Source: Candidatus Latescibacterota bacterium
Lineage (GTDB): Bacteria > Latescibacterota > UBA2968
Assembly (NCBI GenBank): GCA_965116885.1
Contig: OZ220741.1
Span: 4,320,001 to 4,384,000 of the forward strand
DNA: 64,000 bases
Reading direction: 5' to 3'
This document shows, piece after piece, positions 18,880 to 28,727 of this stretch (position 1 is the first letter of the stretch; each line of letters opens with the position of its first letter). A program made the position numbers and the translations under genes. The notes under the pieces were generated by a model. It saw nothing but the letters and a program-made list of their open reading frames with translations, did not search any database and was not told the DNA's origin.

Positions 18880-19710
18880 TCAGTTAATAAATAACGGCTG
18901 ATCGGATCGCGGTACAATGTCCGCTTCTTCTGCACGCGCAAAAAGATCAACCAGCGCTGCTTTTCCGTCTGCGCCGTAATCCAGCGTGTATTCATTGACG
19001 TAGAGATCGATGTGCTGCTGCATCACGGCTTCGTCCATCTCCTGTGCGTGCTGGCGGATGTAATTTTTAACTGCATCGGGGTTTTCATGTGCATATTTCA
19101 CACTGGCGCAAAGAGATACATCAATTTGTTGAATTATTTCTTCGCCGAGATCGCGGCGGGCGAGAATACCACCGAGCGGAATGGGGTGTCCCGTAGCTGT
19201 CTCCCACCATTCGCCCAGGTCAATGACTTTGTGCAGACCATAATCGGGATAGGTAAATCGCGATTCGTGGATGATCACACCCGCATCAACGTCGCCTTTT
19301 TGCGTAGCCTCCATAATCTCGTCAAAAGGCATCGCCACGAGGTTGTCAAGCGCGGGATTAAAGAGACGCAGCAAGAGCGCGGCCGTGGTGAGTTCGCCGG
19401 GAATGGCAATGCGTTTGCCCAACAAATCGCGTGGATCAAGGGCATCAGACGCGATAACGAGCGGTCCACACCCACGCCCCAATGCCCCGCCTGAATGCAA
19501 CAGACAATAGCGATCGCGCATAAATGCGAGCGCGTGGAATGATATTTTGGTCATATCCAATTTACCTGCCATAGCCATGCGATTCAGGGTCTCGATATCT
19601 TCGAGAACCTCGCGGCATCTGGGCGCGCCATCTATTTTTTTGTGCACCAGACCATAAAAAATATACGTATCATTGGGACAGGGTGAATAACCGAGAGAAA
19701 TACGGGACAT
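18880..19710 (-). CDS. mqnD: 1,4-dihydroxy-6-naphthoate synthase (futalosine pathway)
   Basis: GYSPCPNDTYIF, GGALGRGCGP, IIHESRFTY, DLGEWWE, HIDLYVN. Confidence 0.93.
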   Translation of the reverse strand: MSRISLGYSPCPNDTYIFYGLVHKKIDGAPRCREVLEDIETLNRMAMAGKLDMTKISFHALAFMRDRYCLLHSGGALGRGCGPLVIASDALDPRDLLGKRIAIPGELTTAALLLRLFNPALDNLVAMPFDEIMEATQKGDVDAGVIIHESRFTYPDYGLHKVIDLGEWWETATGHPIPLGGILARRDLGEEIIQQIDVSLCASVKYAHENPDAVKNYIRQHAQEMDEAVMQQHIDLYVNEYTLDYGADGKAALVDLFARAEEADIVPRSDQPLFIN

Positions 19711-19723
19711 GGTAAACCTCGTG

Positions 19724-20443
19724 TCATAGAGCCTCAATGAATTTTCGCGCTGCAATTTGCACCCTCTGGACAGCGCGTGGAATATCCCAGGCGTCTTTAT
19801 TGCGATCTTCTACAAGATTACTAATAGCGCGCAATTCGAGAAATGGAACCGCATAAAGCGTGCTAATATGCGCCGCGGCAGCACCTTCCATGTTTTCGCA
19901 TATCGCATTGAACCGCGCTGCCAGTTCATTGCCAATATCCTCGCGTCCGGTGCATTGTTGCACCGTGACAAAAGGACCTTGCACAACGCATTCGCCCGAT
20001 TGTTCGAGTATGTGTTGCGCCCTGGCGACAAGCGCGGGATCGAGAGGATAAGTATTGTAATAATCGCGATCTATCGATAGGACGGGAATACCAATCTCAT
20101 CGGCAGGAAACCAGCCAGCAGGTGTGATGACGCCTAAATCGCCATAATTTTCTTCGGTCGCAAGTGCGAGATCACCCTTGTCCAGACCACTGCTGAGATA
20201 AGCACCTCCAATGCCGATTTGCAAGACGAGTTCAGGACCGATTTCCTGCAGTGCAACAGTCAGAGCCTGCGCCGTATTAACCGCGCCAATACCCGTTTCA
20301 ATCAGGACAACGGGCCTGATGCCAATCATACCGCGAACCCAGGCGCGATGTCCTATGCGCTGTATTGTCGCCTGTTGAAGGCTATCGCGCAAACGCTGTT
20401 GCTCATAAGCCGTAGCTGTCAGGATGAACAGAGGATCGGGCAT
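19724..20443 (-). CDS. mqnB: Futalosine hydrolase
   Basis: PNP/UDP fold TGIGAVN, GIGGAY, ENMEGAAAAH, ELRAISNLVEDR..WDI; adjacent to mqnD. Confidence 0.88.
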   Translation of the reverse strand: MPDPLFILTATAYEQQRLRDSLQQATIQRIGHRAWVRGMIGIRPVVLIETGIGAVNTAQALTVALQEIGPELVLQIGIGGAYLSSGLDKGDLALATEENYGDLGVITPAGWFPADEIGIPVLSIDRDYYNTYPLDPALVARAQHILEQSGECVVQGPFVTVQQCTGREDIGNELAARFNAICENMEGAAAAHISTLYAVPFLELRAISNLVEDRNKDAWDIPRAVQRVQIAARKFIEAL

Positions 20444-20453
20444 GATTGAGCAC

Positions 20454-21473
20454 CTAAAAAGAAAAGGGCATCTTCAGAGGCACGGTTCGCCGTGCAGATT
20501 CATACCATCCCTGAGGCGCGAAATGGTCGGAATGCAAATAGCATTTTACATCTACTTTGTCGCATCCTTCCGTAAAGGTCAAAACGCGACTCATCGGCAC
20601 GTTCTTTTGCCCGTGAAATTTTGAAATCGCAGCGACGTTGATAAATGTCGCGCCCCACTTCTGTTCCACATGCGAACGCCCGCCAGTCGTATCTTCGGGA
20701 TTTGTATGCGTGTGTCCGCCCAGCCAAATATCAATAGCACCGGGATTATCTGCCAGAACACCCTCAAACTGTCCACTATCTGGTTTGCCACCTACCCAGT
20801 AGAGATACGACGCCCCAATAGGCGCGCCATCGTCAAAACGACCGTGATAGCCTTCATCCACGCCCACCCAATCGAGCGAAGCAACCGTCGTCTCCTTTAA
20901 CATGTGATGATGTGCGGAAATGATAATTTTATCTCGATTGGAAAGCACCATATCGCGCCACCATTCAAATGCCTCCTGCGTGACTGCGCCTGCGGGATAA
21001 CCGCCCCTTTTTCCCCGCCCTACAGGCGGCCCACCGTCATTGCGATCACCCATACACAGGAACAGGATATTGCCCACCTCAAAAGAATACCGATCCCACT
21101 GTCCGATTACGGAATACGGTCGTTGATTGGCATAAACCCCCGAATATTCGGAGTTCACACCCATCGGATCTACCCACTTTTGAAACCACCACTGCGTCTC
21201 TTCATCGGGACCACTCGCATCGTGATTGCCCACGATATTGTAAAAATGCGACCGCGGATGTTTGGTCGATACACCGTATTGTCGAACCACCTCCTCGCCT
21301 TCTTCATCGTCGGGCGGTTCCTGCGCGCCGGATAGATCGCCAATATCGAGCATCACATCCCATTCAAAATCCCGCTCTGCCTGTAAAATGGCTGTTTCCA
21401 AACTCTTTCGCCCCCGCCGCAGATCCGTTCCCACATGTGCATCGCCACCGGCCCAGAGTGTAAATGCGTTCAT
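20454..21473 (-). CDS. Calcineurin-like metallophosphoesterase
   Basis: GDAH, GDLS, GNHD, HH and GHTH motifs; ATGA overlap with the upstream gene. Confidence 0.8.
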   Translation of the reverse strand: MNAFTLWAGGDAHVGTDLRRGRKSLETAILQAERDFEWDVMLDIGDLSGAQEPPDDEEGEEVVRQYGVSTKHPRSHFYNIVGNHDASGPDEETQWWFQKWVDPMGVNSEYSGVYANQRPYSVIGQWDRYSFEVGNILFLCMGDRNDGGPPVGRGKRGGYPAGAVTQEAFEWWRDMVLSNRDKIIISAHHHMLKETTVASLDWVGVDEGYHGRFDDGAPIGASYLYWVGGKPDSGQFEGVLADNPGAIDIWLGGHTHTNPEDTTGGRSHVEQKWGATFINVAAISKFHGQKNVPMSRVLTFTEGCDKVDVKCYLHSDHFAPQGWYESARRTVPLKMPFSF

Positions 21474-22345
21474 TGCGTCCCCCGCCAACCGATATCAATA
21501 CTCGTGTACCCATCGGTATATCGCTTCAAATGGTCCGGTATATTTTTCAAAAACCACTGGCCTGATTCCGGTATCTCCCACGGAATATCAATTCTGTGAT
21601 TGCGATCTCTAAACCCAATCGCGCACGAAAGGCGCGTTTCACCCAACCGATTGGGAAATGCGCCGTGGTACGTGCGGTGGGCAAACACAATCATATCCCC
21701 CCCATTTGTAAACAGAGGTACCAACCCCGGAATATCAAACCCCGCGTAGCGGTGTTCTTCCTCGCCTTCGGGATAAAACGAGCGCCGATCTGTCGTCAAC
21801 TTAAATCCTTTGGGACCTTCCCAGCCTTCCACATGAGAATCTTCGATCACACACAGACCGCCGTGAACCGGGCGCGATCCCGTCAGATAAAACCACTTGC
21901 CCGACGGCCAGAGTCCGCGATTCAACACATCGCCCGAGTTCAAAACACTATTGGAAAAACCACACCAATCCGTATGCCATCCAACGGGCTGAGACCCCGA
22001 CATGCGGATAATCGCAGCAGAGCGATGGACGGTCATATCATTTGTGCCAATCAAATGCCGGTGAATAGCCATGAATGGCTCGTATTCCAAAAGCTCCCAT
22101 GCACCTGGTCCAGATTCAATCCACGCATGTCGCGTACGACTCTGCCCGCCCGCTAACGTCCCGTCTGGATCTGTGCCATCATACACTGCCTGTTTAAGCT
22201 TCTCGACAATCTCATCCGGCAATACGTCTTTAATAATCGCAAATCCGTGCGCCTCCAGGCACTCGGACATTGCATCGAGTTCATCTGTAGCAAACTCATA
22301 GCAATAGCCCAAATCGGGCTTTTTAATATGTGAATAGTCTGCCAT
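21470..22345 (-). CDS. PhyH-like Fe(II)/2-oxoglutarate dioxygenase
   Basis: GFAIIKDVL, WHTD (HxD), distal HGA and R. Confidence 0.8.
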   Translation of the reverse strand: MADYSHIKKPDLGYCYEFATDELDAMSECLEAHGFAIIKDVLPDEIVEKLKQAVYDGTDPDGTLAGGQSRTRHAWIESGPGAWELLEYEPFMAIHRHLIGTNDMTVHRSAAIIRMSGSQPVGWHTDWCGFSNSVLNSGDVLNRGLWPSGKWFYLTGSRPVHGGLCVIEDSHVEGWEGPKGFKLTTDRRSFYPEGEEEHRYAGFDIPGLVPLFTNGGDMIVFAHRTYHGAFPNRLGETRLSCAIGFRDRNHRIDIPWEIPESGQWFLKNIPDHLKRYTDGYTSIDIGWRGTQ

Positions 22346-22366
22346 TTTTCCCTCCTTGTATGTTCT

Positions 22367-23380
22367 TTATCTGGGTGGATCAGAAGAAAGGACATTTCCA
22401 TCTGTCACCTGGCACCCGGCCAACAACACTTCTTGCACAGCCAGATCGTGTGCCTGAGAATAATCCGGTTCTTTCTCGCCATTCATACACGCCCTCAACT
22501 CCCGCAACAGCGTTGAAAAACTATCCGGAGGTTCAATCTCCAATTCTTGCCAGCCGCTCTGATACCCTTCGGCTTCCTCTTCCAAACACAAACTCAGATT
22601 ATTGGAGCCAATGGGCGCGTGAAGCGCTGTTCCCAACGTCCCGTGAACCTCAATCCGCCGCGCCATACCCACCTGCATAGCGGCCATGTCAATCGTGCCG
22701 AGACCGCGTTCAAAATCGTGTACTACAACCGCATTGTCAACGACAGTTCGTTTGCCGTAATGTTTTCTGAGAATGGGATGTACATCTGTCGGCCGTCCCA
22801 TCAGAGCCACCATAATATCGACGAGATGACCCGCCATTTCAAAATAAATCCCCCCGTGATAAATACCGTTCTCCTCTTCCAACTCTGTGCGCCAACTGTG
22901 GGGCTTTGGGATATGCCCGCGGTAAGCGTAAATATCACCCAACACACCCAGTTTTGCCAATCGAATAATCTCGTGAACGCTCGGATTATAACGCCACATA
23001 TAGGCCAAATTGAGGACCAATTGTTTGTCCGACGCCAATTTTTGGATGCGCTTAAACTGGTCCAGATTGACCCCCGCGGGTTTTTCCAACAACACATGCT
23101 TGCCTGCGGTGAGTGCTTGTTCGGCATAATCCAAATTCTGATAGACATGCCCTTCTACAATAACAGCATCGACCTCACTGTTTAACACCGCGTCAACCGA
23201 ATCAAAAATGGGAATATCCAGCCCCACCTCCGCACTCTTTTCTCGCCGGATCGCAATCACTTCGGGATCGGGATCGTACATGCCAATGAACTCAACCTCA
23301 TCGGGCAATTGTGCAGCTTCTCGCAAGTGCATACTCGTATGACTGTGCCAACATCCCAAAAACGCAACTTTTAATGCCAT
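22367..23380 (-). CDS. Gfo/Idh/MocA family oxidoreductase
   Basis: AGKHVLLEKPAG, GHLVD. Confidence 0.88.
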   Translation of the reverse strand: MALKVAFLGCWHSHTSMHLREAAQLPDEVEFIGMYDPDPEVIAIRREKSAEVGLDIPIFDSVDAVLNSEVDAVIVEGHVYQNLDYAEQALTAGKHVLLEKPAGVNLDQFKRIQKLASDKQLVLNLAYMWRYNPSVHEIIRLAKLGVLGDIYAYRGHIPKPHSWRTELEEENGIYHGGIYFEMAGHLVDIMVALMGRPTDVHPILRKHYGKRTVVDNAVVVHDFERGLGTIDMAAMQVGMARRIEVHGTLGTALHAPIGSNNLSLCLEEEAEGYQSGWQELEIEPPDSFSTLLRELRACMNGEKEPDYSQAHDLAVQEVLLAGCQVTDGNVLSSDPPR

Positions 23381-23394
23381 TGAACCCCCCTTTG

Positions 23395-26088
23395 CTATTT
23401 CATCTCAAAATCACCCGAACCAATCACACGTTGTTCCACGCCCTCATCTCGAATGGACACAAACGCCGATGTCCGAATCTGAAACTGCACTGTGCCCTCA
23501 ATCTCTCGAAGCGGAAAAAAGCAATGCGCCATTCCCGTATTTGTGACGCGAAAACCGGGATCGTCTTCGAGAATGACGTGCTCACCCACCACGCGTTGAA
23601 CGCGCAACCCGCGCGTTGTACCATCGCCAAATGTCACAACAGCAACAGCGCCATCTATGTCATCCATTTCAGGCAGGCCATTCACGACCAATGCATGGTA
23701 CGGCGCACCATCCTCTATTCGCAATACATCTGTAACCTGCCCCGTATAGATACCACCACCTGTTAACCGAGTGGTTTGCCATTGCACCTTCTCCCCACCC
23801 CATAACCCCAGAACTCGCGCCTCCCCATCCTGTTCGCGCACAAAACCGACTTCGCCTTGAAATGTAAGATCGCCCATGCGAAAAACTTCTGTCCCGGATT
23901 GCAGAACAATATGATCCGTACTCCCCCGGTGGCGCACTTTCAGGTACACGCCGCGCTCGCCAATATCTTCCACCTCGACAGAATCGATAAACGCCTTATC
24001 CCGAAACGGCTCGTGAACAGCCATGAACCGACTCGGCGATCGACCTTTTTGTCGAACCATCAACATGGGCATGCGAAATTGATCGAGTAGCGGTTCGTCT
24101 TCGTCTGCACGCCGCACAGAGGGCGCGTCCCCCACAAAAAGTTTGCTATCCGCCAACCCCACAAGATGAATACGCACGGCAACAGCATCTCCGTGAAAAG
24201 TGACACGCGCATCCTGTACATGATCGCTATATGACACATTTTGAAAAAATGCAAGCGCGACATTTCGTCCTTCTGCATCCCCCTGGTCGCGTTCGTGTTC
24301 TGGGAACCGCACCTTCACACCCGGTAGCAGATTTTCACCATAGTGCTGCAAAAGCACATTGGTCTCTGTCCGCATATCGACATCCGCGCTTCCGTGCATC
24401 ACCCAATCGCGCTGATCGCCGCCCTGCACGCGAAACAGATCGACCACATAGTGATCCTCTCCCCCCACATTTACGAGCATGACCAACCGCCGATATTCTT
24501 CCGCCAGTCCGGGATACACATCTTCCCCACTCGCTTCTACCCATTGCACCGGGTCATAAGCGGCTTCAAATGCCAGCAGAGAACCATCTATAATACCCTT
24601 TCTATTGGAGCGTTCTTGTTCCCCTTCATCAATTAACACAGTATTGTGGCACAAGGTGCTCGTTGCCCAGCTTCGATATCGGGTATGGGTATAGCCCACA
24701 TCGGAGAGCAGTTCCTGTCCCTTAGCAAAAAGCATCAGATTCAAATTGTCCGCATGGGCATGCCCATAAGCCCCCGAAAAGTGCAGATGCACCTGCATTT
24801 GATGTTCGCCCTTTCCTCTCCCCAACCACGCATGTCCAATACCGGACAGCAGTGTCGGATGCGACTGTTCAAGCGGTCTGACATTGGGACCAACCCGTCG
24901 GCTATCCAACCGCGCCCAGGCATCGTGCATGGGAATCCATCGCCCATCTGGATATCTGCAAATATCCAGAAGCTGATTTGCCTTTCTCACAATGGCAATA
25001 TCTCGCTCTAAATCCAGTTCGTCGTATCGCACGCCATCGTCCGACACATAATCCAACGGATCGGAATACCCGTTCAGCGCGTCAAATACCACTTGCATAC
25101 CCGCCATTGTCATCCGGTGATACCCCAAACTGCCTTCATGCCAGAAGCCATCCGCATAAAATTGACGCTCAAACAGACCGATACTGCGTCGAATGGCTTC
25201 GTGAACGAGTTCTGGATCATTTAGCACGCGGCCAATCACCGCATACCCGACGTAAATCCGAGGGCTCGCATTGCCATAAGTGATCTCGTGAAAACCTTCC
25301 TGGCGAATGGCTCCGCGAAAAAAATCGTCCTCAATCCGCTTTTTCACATCTATCCCAATCGCATCGGACAATCGCTCCAATTCGCCACTTGTATAAATCG
25401 CATCGTAAGCCAGAGCCAGATTAGTCGGCATTTCATCTGCGCGCCACCGCCCCCATTTTCCTCCAAAATTTGGATAGGGTGGTTCAAGCACAAATCCCTT
25501 TTGTTCGTGTGCTCGATCATAACTCACCAGAAAACCCGGATAATACCGCGCGAATGCGTCCAGAATCAGCACCGCGCGTCGCGCATACGTCGCATCTCCC
25601 GTTGCCTGGTATAACTGCCCCAAATCTTCCGCAATCGCCGCAAAATACACGCGCGCTTCCCGCCACGCCTTTGCCCGAAAGTAATACCGAAATCCCGTCT
25701 CATCTTCCCAAAAGGGATATGTCACCGCATCACCTACCGGGTTTACAACTGTCTGTATCTGATTATCCGGATATCTCTCATTGGGAAACACCATCTCGCA
25801 ATAGCGACACTGTACGCGCTGTGGATCTTTAATTGACCATCGCAACTGCCCTTCCTGAGCACCAGCATCACAATCGGGACATCCCACAAATCGAAACCCC
25901 GTCTTATCGGGGATCAACGCCACCATCTCTGCTTCAGAAAGTGCCATCACCACTCGCACGCGCCGCTTCATACGCGCGACTTCCTTCTCGGTTAAGCTCA
26001 CCTGATAAACCGGGCGTTCAATGGCTTGCATAGCCAACACTCCTGTGAGAATTTGTATGGTAATTAAAAGAATTATACGTATTGACAT
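23395..26088 (-). CDS. Heparinase II/III-like polysaccharide lyase family protein
   Basis: DGFWHEGSLGYH, GHAHADNL, STLCHNTVLIDE; N-terminal CPDC/CRYC zinc-ribbon-like motif. Confidence 0.8.
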   Translation of the reverse strand: MSIRIILLITIQILTGVLAMQAIERPVYQVSLTEKEVARMKRRVRVVMALSEAEMVALIPDKTGFRFVGCPDCDAGAQEGQLRWSIKDPQRVQCRYCEMVFPNERYPDNQIQTVVNPVGDAVTYPFWEDETGFRYYFRAKAWREARVYFAAIAEDLGQLYQATGDATYARRAVLILDAFARYYPGFLVSYDRAHEQKGFVLEPPYPNFGGKWGRWRADEMPTNLALAYDAIYTSGELERLSDAIGIDVKKRIEDDFFRGAIRQEGFHEITYGNASPRIYVGYAVIGRVLNDPELVHEAIRRSIGLFERQFYADGFWHEGSLGYHRMTMAGMQVVFDALNGYSDPLDYVSDDGVRYDELDLERDIAIVRKANQLLDICRYPDGRWIPMHDAWARLDSRRVGPNVRPLEQSHPTLLSGIGHAWLGRGKGEHQMQVHLHFSGAYGHAHADNLNLMLFAKGQELLSDVGYTHTRYRSWATSTLCHNTVLIDEGEQERSNRKGIIDGSLLAFEAAYDPVQWVEASGEDVYPGLAEEYRRLVMLVNVGGEDHYVVDLFRVQGGDQRDWVMHGSADVDMRTETNVLLQHYGENLLPGVKVRFPEHERDQGDAEGRNVALAFFQNVSYSDHVQDARVTFHGDAVAVRIHLVGLADSKLFVGDAPSVRRADEDEPLLDQFRMPMLMVRQKGRSPSRFMAVHEPFRDKAFIDSVEVEDIGERGVYLKVRHRGSTDHIVLQSGTEVFRMGDLTFQGEVGFVREQDGEARVLGLWGGEKVQWQTTRLTGGGIYTGQVTDVLRIEDGAPYHALVVNGLPEMDDIDGAVAVVTFGDGTTRGLRVQRVVGEHVILEDDPGFRVTNTGMAHCFFPLREIEGTVQFQIRTSAFVSIRDEGVEQRVIGSGDFEMK

Positions 26089-26110
26089 TGTATATACAAT
26101 TCTCTAAATT
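26082..26110 (+). promoter_or_regulatory. Sigma-70 promoter of the brnT operon with a 14-bp palindromic operator
   Basis: TTGACA (26082) - 17 bp - TAAATT (26105); ATTGTATATACAAT (26087-26100) in the spacer; ATG only 5 nt after the -10. Confidence 0.7.
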
Positions 26111-26115
26111 GTTTT

Positions 26116-26412
26116 ATGGATATTTACTACGAACTGCACAATATCACCTTTGTCTGGGATAAAAATAAAGCTCGTACAAATTCAATTAAACACGATGGTG
26201 TAACTTTTGAGCGAGCTGTGGAAGCTTTCTTTGATCCCTTTTTAAAAGTGGTAGATGCGAGTCGTAGTGAAGAAGCCCGCGATGCCATTATTGGACTGGA
26301 TACACACTGGAATTTACTATTCGTTGTTCACATTGAAATACAAGATGATGAAATTCGGATCATTTCAGCCCGTAAAGCAACTCGAAGGGAAAGATTTGAC
26401 TATGAAAATTGA
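26116..26412 (+). CDS. brnT: BrnT family toxin (DUF497)
   Basis: FVWDKNKARTNSIKH.GVTFERA..F.DP, LLFVVH, IRIISARKAT. Confidence 0.92.
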   Translation: MDIYYELHNITFVWDKNKARTNSIKHDGVTFERAVEAFFDPFLKVVDASRSEEARDAIIGLDTHWNLLFVVHIEIQDDEIRIISARKATRRERFDYEN

Positions 26413-26698
26413 CAAACTGAAAAAACGCCTGCGAAAAAACCGTCCTATGACCACCGTATCTATTCGGTTTCCCGAAGATGTTATCGATGATCTAAAGCAA
26501 GTTGCTCCAATGATGGGCTTCTCTGGATACCAACCGCTCATTCGCGCTTACGTCGGTCAGGGCTTGCGTTTAGATCTTGAACGCTTAGATCAGGAACTAC
26601 TACCCGCTTTGGTCAATAATTTAAAAAAACGCGGTATCAATGAAGCAATAATCATCGAAGCTTTGGCAGAAGCAAGTCAGGAACCAAAACCGCAATAA
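26402..26698 (+). CDS. Putative cognate antitoxin (BrnA-like, RHH)
   Basis: Overlaps the brnT stop; TTVSIRFPEDVIDDLK...GYQPLIRAYV RHH pattern. Confidence 0.8.
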   Translation: MKIDKLKKRLRKNRPMTTVSIRFPEDVIDDLKQVAPMMGFSGYQPLIRAYVGQGLRLDLERLDQELLPALVNNLKKRGINEAIIIEALAEASQEPKPQ

Positions 26699-26730
26699 TT
26701 ATTACTGTACAAATCATCCCGTTTTTGAGC

Positions 26731-26762
26731 AAGCCTTGCAGAATTTTCTGTGAGGCTTTTAT
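26731..26762 (+). terminator. Intrinsic terminator
   Basis: AAGCCTTGCAGAA-t-TTTCTGTGAGGCTT followed by Ts, between convergent genes. Confidence 0.7.
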
Positions 26763-28048
26763 TTTATCTCATCCAAACGCGCTCGGAACCTGGGCAAAAG
26801 AGCTGTTACCAGTGCAGTTGTAACCATGGCGACACTGGTGTGTAAGCCGAGGGCGATAGGCGCGCCATAGACTTCGGTGAGTTTGCCAATTTGCAGGCTG
26901 CCAAGCGGTCCTGCGCCAATAGCGAGGACGAGTGTACCCATTGCGCGATCTCTCATATCATCGCGAGCAGCGATAAGCATAATTGAGCTTTGCATCACAC
27001 TGAAAAATGCATGCCCCAGGCCGGCAAGTATGAGGAGAAAGATCGCGAGTGGAAAGGCAACCGACGTGCCAAACAGTGTGAGCGCACCAACCCAGGACGT
27101 GCTAAAGGCAAAGACAAACAGCGCGAGGGACTGGAAAATCGATCCAATGGAAAATATCCACCCACGGCTGAGGCGCGAGCGCAACACACTGACCGCGTAA
27201 AGGCCGAAAAATGCACCAATACCATCGCACGCGCCCAGTATTCCGAATTCAAGCGGACCCTTATGAAGAATATCATGTGTAAAAACGGGCAGGATGATCC
27301 GGTAGGGAAACGCCAGAAAATTCATGATCACAGTAATGAGCAAAGTCCCCATAATCGGCTGGCTGGTACGTATATATTGCAAGCCTTCGCGCATCAGCGT
27401 CCACGGAGAGGTTTTGAGAATCGCGGGATGACGCGGCACTTTGACGCACAACATGATCAGGAATGAGATAAGGGAGATAAAAAAAATAGTGATATAACAG
27501 TCCAGTACGCCAAATAAAGCGTAAATATATCCGCTTAAAAAAGGCCCAATCATTCGAGCGATATTTTGGGTAAAGCCTTCGAGCATCATCGCTTCAACCG
27601 TGCGCTGCTTGCCGACCAGATCGGGTACCAGAGCACGGCGAGCAGTCCAGTTGAGAGACCACGAGATGCCAAATAACACTGCGCCAATCGCGAGATGCCA
27701 GAATGCCAGTTGGTTGGTCCAGAGCAGCAGGATAATGGCTGCGAGAACCAGTACGCTGAGCCATTGCGAGAAAATCACGATGCGAACGCGCCCAACGCTA
27801 TTGATCACTGGCCCGGCGATAAAACCGATGAGCAACAGGGGAATAGATCGGTAAAACCCAATCAGTGCGACGTCAAACGCAGAGTGGGTAATCTCAAAAA
27901 CGAGCCATCCCACGACAATCATTTCCATCCACATGGCCTGCCACCAGAGCATATTGCTCAAGATCAGGTAGCGGAAGCCGCGGTTGCCCAGAGGGGCAAG
28001 GGACCCTCGAAAGGAGATGACAAATTTTCCCGTTCTTCTAATGCGCAT
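26759..28048 (-). CDS. MFS transporter
   Basis: About 12 hydrophobic segments; GRVRIV and MRDRAMG loop motifs. Confidence 0.88.
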   Translation of the reverse strand: MRIRRTGKFVISFRGSLAPLGNRGFRYLILSNMLWWQAMWMEMIVVGWLVFEITHSAFDVALIGFYRSIPLLLIGFIAGPVINSVGRVRIVIFSQWLSVLVLAAIILLLWTNQLAFWHLAIGAVLFGISWSLNWTARRALVPDLVGKQRTVEAMMLEGFTQNIARMIGPFLSGYIYALFGVLDCYITIFFISLISFLIMLCVKVPRHPAILKTSPWTLMREGLQYIRTSQPIMGTLLITVIMNFLAFPYRIILPVFTHDILHKGPLEFGILGACDGIGAFFGLYAVSVLRSRLSRGWIFSIGSIFQSLALFVFAFSTSWVGALTLFGTSVAFPLAIFLLILAGLGHAFFSVMQSSIMLIAARDDMRDRAMGTLVLAIGAGPLGSLQIGKLTEVYGAPIALGLHTSVAMVTTALVTALLPRFRARLDEIK

Positions 28049-28124
28049 GGTCGAGTTTCAAACCCAAAATAATCCAATCTTCAGAGTGCGACTGATGTAA
28101 CCTATCACAATATCCTCTGCTCTT

Positions 28125-28697
28125 TTACCGCCCAATCTCAAAATCACGCGCCACCGCCCTTGCCATCGCCACGAGAACATCGCTGTCGATGCGCTCGCGA
28201 TAATTGGGATTAATATATTGAAATTGGATCTTGCGATTGGGTGCTATCACAAAGACCGATGGTACGGGTAAAGCGCGTCTTCTGTTATTCATAAACGCAA
28301 CGCCATAAGCCTTCGCTGCCTCAAATTCCACATCCGATAATAGAGTAAAATCGAGACCCACGCGATCGCGCACCTCAGCCAATTTTTCAGGCGGATCGGG
28401 CGCAATAGCAATAATTTCAAAACCCACCGCCTCTAACTGTGACTTCAGTTCTTGCAGTTGTCCCAACTGCCGTCGGCAGTGTGGTCACCAGTATCCGCGA
28501 TAAAAAACCAAAATCGTCGGCTTTTTGTGCGCACCCAGGTCAAAATCCCGTCCATTCGCATCGACGAGTGTCAGCGCGGGAACTTCATCGCCAACCATCA
28601 GGGGACGCACTTTATTGGGCGCATCGGGCAATTGCGCGTGCCCCCACCCAAAAGTACCAAACACCATCAGCAACGCGATCCAGATTATTTTCTTCAT
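28125..28697 (-). CDS. Exported AhpC/TSA (peroxiredoxin-like) selenoprotein, 190 aa, Sec at codon 71 (UPHC)
   Basis: ORFs 28485..28697 and 28125..28466 are in the same frame; read-through gives ILVFYRGYW-U-PHCRRQL with TGA at the first Cys of the WCPxC motif; SECIS-like hairpin follows; signal peptide. Confidence 0.85.
28454..28470 (-). promoter_or_regulatory. Bacterial SECIS-like stem-loop
   Basis: mRNA GCAGUUG-GGA-CAACUGC starting 15 nt after the UGA; apical loop begins with G about 21 nt downstream. Confidence 0.7.
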
Positions 28698-28727
28698 AAA
28701 AATCTCCTCTGTATTATATAACGAACA

